DNA of 64,000 nt, taken from the NCBI GenBank assembly GCA_016188545.1, contig JACPHO010000001.1:483324-547323 (forward strand). The letters run 5' to 3'. Below, in pieces: positions 1 to 9,103 of the stretch. The notes under the pieces are model-generated. The model did no database searches, was not told the DNA's origin, and worked only from the letters and a program-made list of their open reading frames with translations. Made by a program: the position numbers and the translations under genes. This stretch comes from Candidatus Shapirobacteria bacterium. Lineage in GTDB: Bacteria; Patescibacteriota; Microgenomatia; UBA12405. Positions within the stretch are counted from its first letter, which is position 1. Each line of letters opens with the position of its first letter.

Positions 1-215
1 ATTAGGTCAACAAAATATGACAATTCATCGATCTTTTCAGCGATAGCATCTGCAAAATAGACTTTATTTTTCCGCTTTAGGGTAGTGACTACATTAAGTA
101 GATCTATTGGAGGCAGTACTACACCAGCTCCAGCGCTGTACCCCAAGCCACCAGCCATATCGCGATTAATCGACTTATCCATTGATGGTGGATTTAGTAC
201 TAATATCCGTTTCAT
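1..215 (-). CDS. B12-binding-domain radical SAM protein, N-terminal fragment (gene continues beyond window start)
   Basis: Reverse translation from ATG at 213-215 gives MKRILVLNPPSMDKSINRDMAGGLGYSAGAGVVLPPIDLLNVVTTLKRKNKVYFADAIAE. This resembles the N-terminal cobalamin-binding module of class B radical SAM enzymes. It is not in the ORF track because it is truncated by the window edge. Confidence 0.4.
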   Translation of the reverse strand, partial: MKRILVLNPPSMDKSINRDMAGGLGYSAGAGVVLPPIDLLNVVTTLKRKNKVYFADAIAEKIDELSYFVDL

Positions 216-1930
216 TATTTTGGTTGTCCTTTTAGCTGTACTAACGCCTCTTGTGCTTGACGATACTGTGGATAAGCTTTAACTAACCTTTCAAGTACAT
301 CTATCGCTTGTTGAGTCTCGTTACGTTGTGACAGTACTACGGCCAAGATATAGTGAGTGGTTGGATCATTCGGATTTACCTGCAGCGCAGTCTTGGCGTG
401 GTTAAGGGCACTATCTAAGTCTTTTTCAATCAAGTCGATATTTATCAAGCTTAAGTATGTCTGGTACAAACTAGGATTATAGTACAGTGCAGTGTTGTAG
501 CTTTGTCGAGCCAGATCATTTCTTCCTATTTTAAAGAAAATATTCGCTCGGTTATGATAGGCATCCGCATAGTTTGGTTTAATTACTGTAGATTGAGAAA
601 ACCCCTTCACTGCATCATCGTACTGCTTAAGCTTATCGTAGTCATCCCCGATATTGTTCCAAGCGTTATGTGAGTTCGGAGACACTTGGCAGGTGTTAAC
701 CCACAACTTGTGATTTGTCGTCCAATCAATGTTTCGCAGCATTAGTCTGACACTAAAAAGTGACAATATTACCACCATAATTCCGCCCGTCATCAGCTTT
801 ACTTTTGTAGACATCTCCTGAAGAATTAAAGCTAAGAATAGACAAAATCCCAAGGAACCAAGATAAGCATACCTTTCCGCCACCAACCAGCTAACTTTTA
901 CTGGCATCATCGAGGGCAGAATCGCTACAAATATAAACATTAGTGCAAAAGCATGTCGCTTATCTTTCCAGGCAAAATAACCTATTAGTGCTAAGTAAGT
1001 TAGCAGTATTGCCCAATTTAACCAAATCGGGAAAACATACATGGTGTGATATAGAGTCAAGTCAATCGGCACCCACAAAAGTTGTAAGTACTTTGCCACT
1101 CCGGTAGGGTACTGAAAAAACGGATTATAAAACAGACTATCTGAAGCGTTTACACCAGCGTTAACTACACCTACCCTGGTCATAATATGGGGCCAAACAA
1201 TCACCGCAATTATAGCCATCGGAATTAAGGTTAAAGGCCAATACTTCCACCACTTGTTTCTTCGGATATCAATTCCCGCTAACCACAGATACAAGGGGAT
1301 TATTAAAAACAAAGAAAAAGGTCTGGGATTGTCAGTTAGGAAACCCAACACAAATGATCCGAATGTCCCAACTAAGTACCAGATGTTTTCTGTCTCAACA
1401 AATTTAACAAACCAAATCATCGATAAAAGCACATACATCGCAATCAGTAGATAAGGCTTTCCCGATATCCAAGTCACTGCTTCCACATGAATTGGATGGA
1501 CTGCAAACAAGCTCAAAGTGATCCACGCTACACCACGACCAAACAAGTGATAAATAAAAACAAATGCCAAGTAGCAAGTAATCAAATACAAGAACAAACT
1601 ATTCAAATGAAAGGGGAGCGGCACCACCCCAAACATCTTTGCCACCACACTATTTATAAAATAGGTCGAGGCCCCGCCACGAAATGCATATGACCACTTA
1701 GTTATTTCCGGATTATTAAGAATTGTGGCATAGTCATCTGAGACAAAAGCTGCATTCATTCCATTGGCAAATACCGCCACAACAGCCACAGTTATCATTA
1801 CCAAAAATATCCAATTTTCTTTGATTATTTTAATTATCTGCAAAGGCTCACCCCCAAATGCTGGACTCAAATTTACTCCCACCTTCAACTCAGAAAGCTT
1901 ACGTATCTTTTTTAGCCTTTTTTGAGACAT
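215..1930 (-). CDS. Polytopic membrane protein with C-terminal TPR repeats (putative PMT/GT-C-like glycosyltransferase)
   Basis: 571 aa with about 10 hydrophobic helices in the N-terminal 400 aa. The C-terminal region has clear TPR-like repeats (AYHNRANIFFKIGRNDLARQSYNTALYYNP ... ALQVNPNDPTTHYILAVVL). Confidence 0.55.
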   Translation of the reverse strand: MSQKRLKKIRKLSELKVGVNLSPAFGGEPLQIIKIIKENWIFLVMITVAVVAVFANGMNAAFVSDDYATILNNPEITKWSYAFRGGASTYFINSVVAKMFGVVPLPFHLNSLFLYLITCYLAFVFIYHLFGRGVAWITLSLFAVHPIHVEAVTWISGKPYLLIAMYVLLSMIWFVKFVETENIWYLVGTFGSFVLGFLTDNPRPFSLFLIIPLYLWLAGIDIRRNKWWKYWPLTLIPMAIIAVIVWPHIMTRVGVVNAGVNASDSLFYNPFFQYPTGVAKYLQLLWVPIDLTLYHTMYVFPIWLNWAILLTYLALIGYFAWKDKRHAFALMFIFVAILPSMMPVKVSWLVAERYAYLGSLGFCLFLALILQEMSTKVKLMTGGIMVVILSLFSVRLMLRNIDWTTNHKLWVNTCQVSPNSHNAWNNIGDDYDKLKQYDDAVKGFSQSTVIKPNYADAYHNRANIFFKIGRNDLARQSYNTALYYNPSLYQTYLSLINIDLIEKDLDSALNHAKTALQVNPNDPTTHYILAVVLSQRNETQQAIDVLERLVKAYPQYRQAQEALVQLKGQPK

Positions 1931-2013
1931 ATATTCATTTATTCTATTAGATTTTTTAAACTTGTGGACAGTTTAATCTCACTATGACAAAGGCGCATGT
2001 TTTTTTCTTTGGG

Positions 2014-2913
2014 TCATAGTTTCCACTTAGGAGTATATCCTAAATATCTCTTTGCCTTTTCGTATGTAAAGTTCATGTTTACCACTTCACCAAGACCAAA
2101 CAATCTAAGGCAAAATCGGGGGATTCTGATCTTTAGATAACTCTTTCCGCACCTCTTGGACATTTCTTCAAGATAATCACCAGTGGTAATACTTTCTCCA
2201 GATAATATATATTCTTCACCTAGTTTTCCTTTTTCCAGTGCCAGAATTATCCCCTCGGCTACATCACGAACCTCCACAAAATTCATAATCCGACCCCGAT
2301 CCCCTACAGCCGCCATCAATCCACCAGGGATCCCACCTCCCACATTGTTCCATAGCCATTTTATTATTGGGTTAGTCGTCATAAACTGTTCTCTCCCAAA
2401 AATCTCATGGTCAATTACTGTACTTGGCATTACCGTGATTACTTTTCGTTTTGAGTTACGGGTTAACTTCAATGCCAGAAGTTTTGAACGAATATATTTA
2501 TCAACTCCACCGCTTTTTTTAAGATCCCACTTTTCGTCCCTAGCATCTTTTCCGGTATCACTGTAAACCACTACGCTAGAAGCGAGCAGTAGTCGGCTAG
2601 TTTTTGGTGCTAATTTTAGTATTGTCTTTACACTATCTATATTTACGTCCTTAAATGTTTTCCAGGGAAGGCTACTATCCATTTCTACGGCCAAGTGGAT
2701 TATCCCATAAGTATTGGTAAACAATTTATATAGAATTTTATTATCATTTATATCTCCTCGGATAATCTCCAGTTTCTCATCCATTTGCCAATGAAAACTT
2801 GATTCATTCCTCACAAATGCCCGAACAATACAACCTCTCTCCAAAAGCTTTTTAACCACCACTTTTCCGATCACTCCGGATGCTCCAGTTACTGCCACAA
2901 TTCTTTTTTCCAT
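2014..2913 (-). CDS. NAD-dependent epimerase/dehydratase family protein (SDR)
   Basis: N-terminal Rossmann motif VAVTGASGVIGKVVVKKLLERG. Length 299 aa. Confidence 0.7.
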   Translation of the reverse strand: MEKRIVAVTGASGVIGKVVVKKLLERGCIVRAFVRNESSFHWQMDEKLEIIRGDINDNKILYKLFTNTYGIIHLAVEMDSSLPWKTFKDVNIDSVKTILKLAPKTSRLLLASSVVVYSDTGKDARDEKWDLKKSGGVDKYIRSKLLALKLTRNSKRKVITVMPSTVIDHEIFGREQFMTTNPIIKWLWNNVGGGIPGGLMAAVGDRGRIMNFVEVRDVAEGIILALEKGKLGEEYILSGESITTGDYLEEMSKRCGKSYLKIRIPRFCLRLFGLGEVVNMNFTYEKAKRYLGYTPKWKL

Positions 2914-2952
2914 TCCGTTATTTTAACTTAATTTTTTAAATCCATCACTTAA

Positions 2953-3026
2953 TGTTCTATGGCACTGAGCACTAGAGTTCTATCTTTCAAAAGTTCTATA
3001 GCTCTAACGTTCTATCGTTCTAACAT
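2953..3026 (+). repeat. Degenerate array of 8-bp subunits (GTTCTATG/TTCTATAG/CTCTAACG...), about 9 units, upstream of wzm
   Basis: Direct reading: gttctatggcactgagcactagagttctatctttcaaaagttctatagctctaacgttctatcgttctaaca. It belongs to the same family as the elements at 29-33 kb. Confidence 0.6.
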
Positions 3027-3039
3027 ATATAATAGATTC

Positions 3040-3840
3040 GTGATGTCTCTACTCAAAGAAGTTCGTGCAGTCGTCAAATGGCGAGAGCTGTTGTGGCAGA
3101 TGGTCAGCCGCGAGGTCATAGCCCGATACAAGCAGTCCATTCTCGGATATTTTTGGGTTATCCTAAACCCCCTAGCTCAGATGTTGGTCATGTCCTTTGC
3201 CTTCTCTATCATCATGCGCATTCCTACCAGCGCCTCATCCAATATCCCTTATTCAATTTTCCTATTTGTTGGTTTACTTCCCTGGACATTGTTTTCAAAC
3301 TCTCTCAGTTCTTCCTGTGCCTCTTTGGTTGGATCGGCACCACTTATTACCAAAATCTATTTTCCTCGAACAATTTTAGTTATCGCCACTACTATTGCCA
3401 AAATAATTGACTTCTTATTTGCCCTGTCGATTCTTGTTTTCTACATGGTCGCATACCAAATACCAATATCATTCAATATACTTTGGGTAATTCCAATTTT
3501 TATTATCCAACAAATATTTACTTTGGGATTATCACTCTTCTTAGCAGCAGCAAACCTACTATATAGAGATATTCAATATCTTTTAACACTGATACTTACA
3601 CTTTGGATGTACCTTACCCCTATTTTTTATCCTATAGATATTGTTCCAGAAAACTATCGATTTATTTTTCAGTTCAATCCTTTGACTGTAATAGTTAACG
3701 CTTATAGGCAAACTATCTTGGGTAATGGTGCTCCAAACTTTACAAGTTTATCTATTGCCTTTATTCTTTCGATTATTTCACTTTTAATAGGACTTTCATA
3801 TTTCAAATCCAGGGAAAAAATATTTGCAGATAATATTTAG
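3040..3840 (+). CDS. ABC-2 type polysaccharide/teichoic acid export permease (Wzm/TagG/KpsM family)
   Basis: LLKEVRAVVKWRELLWQMVSREVIARYKQSILGYFWVILNPL is the classic ABC-2 permease N-terminus. Six TM helices. Start moved to the internal Met; the upstream part of the track ORF covers the repeat array. Confidence 0.8.
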   Translation: MMSLLKEVRAVVKWRELLWQMVSREVIARYKQSILGYFWVILNPLAQMLVMSFAFSIIMRIPTSASSNIPYSIFLFVGLLPWTLFSNSLSSSCASLVGSAPLITKIYFPRTILVIATTIAKIIDFLFALSILVFYMVAYQIPISFNILWVIPIFIIQQIFTLGLSLFLAAANLLYRDIQYLLTLILTLWMYLTPIFYPIDIVPENYRFIFQFNPLTVIVNAYRQTILGNGAPNFTSLSIAFILSIISLLIGLSYFKSREKIFADNI

Positions 3841-3905
3841 TCACGTCATTGCGAGCAAAGGAATGAGTGTGACAATCTTTGGACCTCTGCCCATTACTAC
3901 ACAAA

Positions 3906-4088
3906 TCACTTTCCAAACAATATCCCATATTCGACATTACCTTCGTCAACTCTTATCTGTGCAATATCAATAGCATCACCAATATTATTCCCTTTCCCAA
4001 GTTTAGCAATCACTCTACCGTCACTTGCACAACGCTCCACAACAGTGAATCGCTTTCTAGATATGTAAATATAGTTATCTGTACTCAT
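3906..4088 (-). CDS. Small hypothetical protein immediately downstream of the Fic/Doc gene (possible partner)
   Basis: 60-aa ORF whose start abuts the stop of the Fic/Doc gene. No recognisable motif. Confidence 0.2.
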   Translation of the reverse strand: MSTDNYIYISRKRFTVVERCASDGRVIAKLGKGNNIGDAIDIAQIRVDEGNVEYGILFGK

Positions 4089-4089
4089 A

Positions 4090-5064
4090 TTACTTTATTA
4101 AATTGACCACCAGTTTTACTAAAATATCTTTCTCTTTAGGTTCACTAGTGGCTATTAAGAGTGCCAACGCCACCAAAGCACGATCATTAATTTTCTTTTG
4201 GCCTACTGTATTCAACAATAATTTGTTTTGATTTAAGTAATATACAAACAACATTGAACCAATCCGTTTATTACCGTCAATAAACGGATGATCTTTAATT
4301 ACCAAATAAAGCAGGTTCGCAGCTTTTTCCTCTATGCTTTTATATAAATACTTACCACCAAATGTCTGATCAATTGTTCCGATAACAGATTTCAACTTAT
4401 CACCATTCATCTGACCAAAAAATTCCGTCAACTTACCCTCATAGTTCCGTTTGATGCTTTCGATGAATTTGATAGCCATTGTATACGACAGCTCAAATCC
4501 TGTCTTGTAGCTTAGTTCTCCTAGTGTCAGCTTACCCTCATCGTATTTTGTTAAAAGATATATAGAATTTGTGTAATCAGAAATCAGTTCCAACATCGAA
4601 TCGATTTCACCTTTTAGCTGAGGAAGTTTGGACTTTGATGTAATCAAACCAACACTTTGCTTAAGCATCTCTAGTTGGTGATTCTGCTCAAGCAATCTTT
4701 TCTTGTTAACAACATATCCTTTTACTAAGTAATTTTTCAGTATCTTTGTAGCCCATATCCTAAACTTTGTACCTTGTACTGAATTAACCCTGTATCCCAC
4801 AGAAATAACCACGTCTAGGTTATAAAAATTAGTCAAGTAGCTCTTTCCGTCACCAGCAGTTATCCGGTATTTCCGGATAACTGACTTTCTATCTAGTTCT
4901 TTGTCATCAAAAACTTTTAAAGTATGTTCATTTATGGTTCGAACATCCTTACCAAATAGTTCCGCCATTTGTTTCTGACTAAGCCAAACTGTTTTTCCAT
5001 CAAAACTAACTCTGAGATCAATGTTTCCATTTGGTGATTTATATAACACAATTTTGTTTTTCAT
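4090..5064 (-). CDS. RhuM-family / Fic-Doc domain protein
   Basis: N-terminus MKNKIVLYKSPNGNIDLRVSFDGKTVWLSQKQMAELFGKDVRTINEH is typical of the RhuM virulence protein family. C-terminal HPFIDGNKRIGSML matches the Fic/Doc active-site motif HxFx(D/E)(G/A)N(G/K)R. The NKR form is the Doc-type variant. Confidence 0.7.
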   Translation of the reverse strand: MKNKIVLYKSPNGNIDLRVSFDGKTVWLSQKQMAELFGKDVRTINEHTLKVFDDKELDRKSVIRKYRITAGDGKSYLTNFYNLDVVISVGYRVNSVQGTKFRIWATKILKNYLVKGYVVNKKRLLEQNHQLEMLKQSVGLITSKSKLPQLKGEIDSMLELISDYTNSIYLLTKYDEGKLTLGELSYKTGFELSYTMAIKFIESIKRNYEGKLTEFFGQMNGDKLKSVIGTIDQTFGGKYLYKSIEEKAANLLYLVIKDHPFIDGNKRIGSMLFVYYLNQNKLLLNTVGQKKINDRALVALALLIATSEPKEKDILVKLVVNLIK

Positions 5065-5224
5065 AACTAATACTAAACCGAAGAATACCCGAAGTCAATA
5101 AACCAAACCCGAATCCATACCGAACTTGTTAAGATGTTAAAATGTTATGAACAATAGATTTGCCACACAACACACGCTAAGTAACAACCCATGAAAAATC
5201 AAACAACAAATCCACATCCAAACA

Positions 5225-5260
5225 CAGAACTTTGGAACGTTAGTTCTATGGATCTTTAGA
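5225..5260 (-). repeat. About 32-bp four-subunit repeat element, reverse orientation, immediately upstream of the four-helix-bundle gene
   Basis: Reverse complement reads ttctaaag atccatag aactaacg ttccaaag. Same architecture as the element at 5615-5649. Confidence 0.6.
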
Positions 5261-5620
5261 ATGAAATTTATAGACTTAAAAATCTGGGAAAAAAGTCATA
5301 AGCTGACGATTGAAATCTACAAACTCTGTAAAAAATTACCAAATACCGAAACGTTCGGAATAATATCACAGATTCAAAGATCGTCTTCATCGATCCCTGC
5401 CAACATTGCCGAAGGATTTGGAAGAAAAGGCAAGAAAGAGTTTATTCAATTTTTATACCAGGCGAAAGGATCACTTACCGAAACAGAATATTTTTTAATA
5501 TTAATCAAAGATCTAAATTATGTTGATAATATTGGAATCGAGAAATTAATATTTGAATACGAAATATTAGCTAAAATGCTAAACTCCTTTATCACTCAAC
5601 TCAAAGCAAAAAATGTCTAA
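5261..5620 (+). CDS. Four-helix-bundle protein (23S rRNA intervening-sequence protein / Avd-like family)
   Basis: 119 aa. KSHKLTIEIYKLCKKLP...FGIISQIQRSSSSIPANIAEGFGR...EFIQFLYQAKGSLTETEYFLIL matches the conserved TIGR02436/PF05635 four-helix-bundle pattern. Confidence 0.65.
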   Translation: MKFIDLKIWEKSHKLTIEIYKLCKKLPNTETFGIISQIQRSSSSIPANIAEGFGRKGKKEFIQFLYQAKGSLTETEYFLILIKDLNYVDNIGIEKLIFEYEILAKMLNSFITQLKAKNV

Positions 5621-6368
5621 AGATCTAAAGCCCCAACTCTCTAAAGCTCATGATCAAACGGTTATATCGTTTGATCATGTCACCAAAGATTTTTCCCGAA
5701 ACAATCAAAAAACTTTCAAAGAATTCCTTCCCGCCCTTTTCTATGGTGAAAAAACAGTCGACAGATTCACGGTTTTTAGCGATATCTCTTTTGAGATCAA
5801 AAAAGGGGAGTGTGTTGGTATTATCGGTCCAAACGGAAGTGGCAAATCAACTATTCTCAAACTCATTGCCGGTGTCATGAGTCCCAATAAAGGCAAAGTC
5901 CGTGTCCACGGTAAAGTCTCCCCCCTTATCGAGCTAGGAGCCGGTATGCACCCCGAACTTACCGGCAGGGAGAATGTCTATCTCAATGGCGCAATTTTAG
6001 GACTTAGCGGTCAGCAGATTAACAATAATTTTCAAAGTATTTTAGACTTTTCCGAACTATCCGAATTTATCGACCAACCTGTCAAACACTATAGTTCCGG
6101 CATGTACATGCGACTTGCTTTTAGTATTGCCATCCACGTTGATCCCGAGATACTTATCGTCGACGAAATTCTCGCAGTAGGAGACTCTGCTTTTCAGGCA
6201 AAGTGTTTTGCCAAAATGGAAGAATTCAAGAAAAACGGTGTAACCATAATTTTTGTCTCCCACTCAATGGAACACATAAAATCTTTTTGCAGTCGAGCTA
6301 TTTATCTTAATCAACACCAGATCCAGCATGATGGTCCCCCTGAAGCTGTCATATCTAAGTACTGCTAA
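5613..6368 (+). CDS. ABC transporter ATP-binding protein (Wzt/TagH-like) of the polysaccharide exporter
   Basis: Walker A GIIGPNGSGKST, signature YSSGMYMRLAF, Walker B ILIVDEILAVGD. Partner of the ABC-2 permease at 3040. Confidence 0.85.
   Translation: MSKDLKPQLSKAHDQTVISFDHVTKDFSRNNQKTFKEFLPALFYGEKTVDRFTVFSDISFEIKKGECVGIIGPNGSGKSTILKLIAGVMSPNKGKVRVHGKVSPLIELGAGMHPELTGRENVYLNGAILGLSGQQINNNFQSILDFSELSEFIDQPVKHYSSGMYMRLAFSIAIHVDPEILIVDEILAVGDSAFQAKCFAKMEEFKKNGVTIIFVSHSMEHIKSFCSRAIYLNQHQIQHDGPPEAVISKYC
5615..5649 (+). repeat. About 32-bp four-subunit repeat element at the 5' end of wzt
   Basis: tctaaag atctaaag ccccaact ctctaaag, encoding MSKDLKPQLSKA. It forms an imperfect inverted pair with the element at 5225-5260, flanking the four-helix-bundle gene. 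Confidence 0.6.
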
Positions 6369-6376
6369 AATAAACT

Positions 6377-6598
6377 ATGTCACACGACCGGATACTTACA
6401 AATCAACTTGATCCCAAACAGGCAATCACCATCATTAGTAGACTAACCCAGACCATAAACAAGCAAAACAAACAGCTGTTAATGGAAATTAACAACATCC
6501 AGCTACAAATATCTTATTTCGAAAATAATATTAAACTAATAAAATCATCAAAATATTACCATTTTATAAACTTTATAAAATCAACCATTCTCAGTTAA
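6377..6598 (+). CDS. Small hypothetical protein
   Basis: 73-aa ORF in a different frame from the downstream GT2. Coiled-coil-like and Asn/Ile rich. Weak. Confidence 0.2.
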   Translation: MSHDRILTNQLDPKQAITIISRLTQTINKQNKQLLMEINNIQLQISYFENNIKLIKSSKYYHFINFIKSTILS

Positions 6599-7908
6599 TG
6601 AAAAAGACGTTCACCCAGGTGTATTCTCAATACATTACTCAAAAGAAACTAAACGCTAGCCTCAAAAAAAAAATATGGCGTCTACGTACCCACCGCTTTA
6701 TCGCTTGGAATGACTTTAACAAGCTAACCTCCGTCATATCATTCAGATTGTGGCAACAGTACAATCACTTCAAAAAGTATCTTGTAAAACCGGTTTTTCT
6801 ATTCCCCTTTAAATCAATTTTCATCGTAGTTTACCTAGCCATCACCATCTGTCTATATTTTATATATAAGATATTCCACTTCTCATCCTCTTTTTTCTCA
6901 AAACCATTACCACTTTCATCACTCCAGGCCGAAATTGATGGTGTCAGTTTCATAATACCTACCTGGAACAAGGCAAAGATGGTTACCGACTGTGTCAAGA
7001 AACTGTCTTCTATTCTCGAAATAGAGTCGCCAAAAGTAAAAAAAGAAATCATTATCGTCAACAACGGTTCAGCCGATAATACAATCAAATCAATTACCTC
7101 GATCAATAGCTCAATTTCAATTAGATTAATCAATCTTCCCAAAAATGTCGGATTTGCCTCCGCCATTAATCTTGGAGTCATTGAATCCATGTACAACTAT
7201 ATCTATCTGATGAATAACGACATGATTCCCACCCCCACTTTTCTTTCGTCAATCATCAATTTTGCCCAAGCCAAAATTAACCAAGGCTCAAAATTCTTTG
7301 GCATATCATCTCAAATATTCTTTTTTGATAAGAACAAAAGACGGGAGGAATCGGGTAAAACATATATATATCCCTATTTTGGAATTATCCGCGCTGGTCA
7401 CATCGTCAACTCCAGCAACCTCCAAGACCCCTCGCCCACTTGTTATCCCGGGGGTGGTTCATCACTTCTCAACAAGCATATTTTTCAAAAACTTGGCGGC
7501 TACAATTCCACTATTTACCGGCCTATGTATTGTGAAGATTTGGACCAGGGATTTCTAGCATGGCAATACGGTTTTCCTTCATATTTTGTTCCCCAGTCAC
7601 ACATCATCCACCATCATCGTTCTAGTTCCAAGAAGCTAACTACCGACCCATCACATTATTTGTTCAAAAACTTACTCACATTTAGCCTTAAAAACATTAC
7701 CAGCTTCTCCCTCTTTCTAAAACATATTTTTTACTTTCCGATTTTATCCATAATAGACGATCATCATTTTAACTATCTACTTGGAGTGTTACCTATAATA
7801 CCGTCAATTTATCTCTACAAAGTTCGCTCGCTAAAATACAAATACATGCATCAAGACACCAGTCTATTTGACTTTATAAAATTTGAAGTAAAAAATGATC
7901 AATTCTAA
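6598..7908 (+). CDS. Glycosyltransferase family 2 (GT-A) with N-terminal membrane region
   Basis: FIIPTWNKAKMVTDCVKKLSS...IIIVNNGSADNT is the GT2 motif. Confidence 0.7.
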   Translation: MKKTFTQVYSQYITQKKLNASLKKKIWRLRTHRFIAWNDFNKLTSVISFRLWQQYNHFKKYLVKPVFLFPFKSIFIVVYLAITICLYFIYKIFHFSSSFFSKPLPLSSLQAEIDGVSFIIPTWNKAKMVTDCVKKLSSILEIESPKVKKEIIIVNNGSADNTIKSITSINSSISIRLINLPKNVGFASAINLGVIESMYNYIYLMNNDMIPTPTFLSSIINFAQAKINQGSKFFGISSQIFFFDKNKRREESGKTYIYPYFGIIRAGHIVNSSNLQDPSPTCYPGGGSSLLNKHIFQKLGGYNSTIYRPMYCEDLDQGFLAWQYGFPSYFVPQSHIIHHHRSSSKKLTTDPSHYLFKNLLTFSLKNITSFSLFLKHIFYFPILSIIDDHHFNYLLGVLPIIPSIYLYKVRSLKYKYMHQDTSLFDFIKFEVKNDQF

Positions 7909-9103
7909 AAAAAACAAACTTTTTTTGGCGGGTGGGGTATTCCCTTTTCCCAAAAGTAGTGGAGGTGCCACCCGCTTTTACCACACCATAAAGAACTTAA
8001 GCAAATATTTTGATATTTACCTCTTACTTTTCAAACCAAGTTACTATCGTCTATCACCAGCCGATACCCGCTTTCTAAAAAAGCACACTCGATATTACGA
8101 AATCATTGTTACAACTGATCACCAATCCCAGGACTCATTTTTTTCCACTACCAAACCATATTGGTTTTCCCCTTGGTACCATCCCGACGCTCTGTTGGCT
8201 ACTCGTCGGATCATATTCCAGAACAAAATTAAATTTGCTCAAATTGATACAACCCAAATAGCTTATCTCATCGACTCCATCCCCCGAACTGTTTTTTCGA
8301 TATTCGTTGCTTACGATATCTGCACTACTTCATTTATCCGTCGCCTAGCCGAAGTCAAAAATCTGAAAACATATATAGTTCATTACATCCGCTACCTTGA
8401 AATATATTTTTATGAACAAAAATATTTAAAGTTGTTTAACAAAATTGTAGTTATGTCGCCTGTTGACAGAAAAGAAGTCCGTCGTCTTTTCGGTGTTACC
8501 AACAGTATAAGCGTCCCGAACGGTATAGAATCAATCAACTTCCTCAATAAATCAGTTGACCCATCTCCCCTCAAAATTGGCTTGCTCGGGTCATTCAGCC
8601 ATCCTCCCAATCGTTTTGCTTTTTCTTACTTTTTGGAAAATATCGCTCCGCTTTTAAATAGACAGAAAATTAACTTTAATTTATATTTAGTCGGTAATAA
8701 TTCCACCCCTGAGATACAGAGTATAGTCAACAATATCTATCCTCAGATTTATTCCAAAATACATAACCTAGGGTTTATAAAAAGTACCAAAAGTGTCTTT
8801 AAAGGATTTGATTGTCTTTTTGCCCCCATATTTTCAGGTTCCGGTACCCGAGTCAAAATTATTGAGGCCCTCAGTTTTGGTATACCAGTTATCACCAGTC
8901 CCATTGGTGCCGAAGGCATCAAAACGAGCAACCCGTTTTTGACAGTGGCACACACTCCCCAAGAATACGTCAATGCTACCAAAAAGCTTGCATCCATCAA
9001 CGTTCCCTCAAACCTTATAAAGTTAAAAACATTTCTAAAGCCATTTCTTTGGTCAAGTATTTTTGACAAATACTATCAACAAGTCCACCACCACTTTAAA
9101 TGA
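7895..9103 (+). CDS. Glycosyltransferase family 4 (GT-B)
   Basis: C-terminal FAPIFSGSGTRVKIIEALSFGIPVITSPIGAEGI matches the GT4 EX7E region. Confidence 0.7.
   Translation: MINSKKNKLFLAGGVFPFPKSSGGATRFYHTIKNLSKYFDIYLLLFKPSYYRLSPADTRFLKKHTRYYEIIVTTDHQSQDSFFSTTKPYWFSPWYHPDALLATRRIIFQNKIKFAQIDTTQIAYLIDSIPRTVFSIFVAYDICTTSFIRRLAEVKNLKTYIVHYIRYLEIYFYEQKYLKLFNKIVVMSPVDRKEVRRLFGVTNSISVPNGIESINFLNKSVDPSPLKIGLLGSFSHPPNRFAFSYFLENIAPLLNRQKINFNLYLVGNNSTPEIQSIVNNIYPQIYSKIHNLGFIKSTKSVFKGFDCLFAPIFSGSGTRVKIIEALSFGIPVITSPIGAEGIKTSNPFLTVAHTPQEYVNATKKLASINVPSNLIKLKTFLKPFLWSSIFDKYYQQVHHHFK

Noticed and set aside
85-282. 65-aa plus-strand ORF at window start
   Set aside because: It lies antisense to the partial radical SAM gene (1-215) and the terminal part of the TPR membrane protein. 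It has no motif and is likely spurious.
2959-3039. N-terminal extension of the wzm ORF (MALSTRVLSFKSS...)
   Set aside because: The extension is a translation of the 8-bp-subunit repeat array. The conserved ABC-2 permease sequence starts at the internal Met (3040).
2183-3410. Internal or overlapping ORFs (2183-2566 +, 3078-3410 +, 3197-3379 +)
   Set aside because: They are fully embedded in or antisense to well-supported genes (the epimerase and Wzm permease). They have low-complexity translations.
6831-7196. 121-aa minus-strand ORF
   Set aside because: Antisense to the GT2 gene whose conserved motifs are clear on the plus strand.
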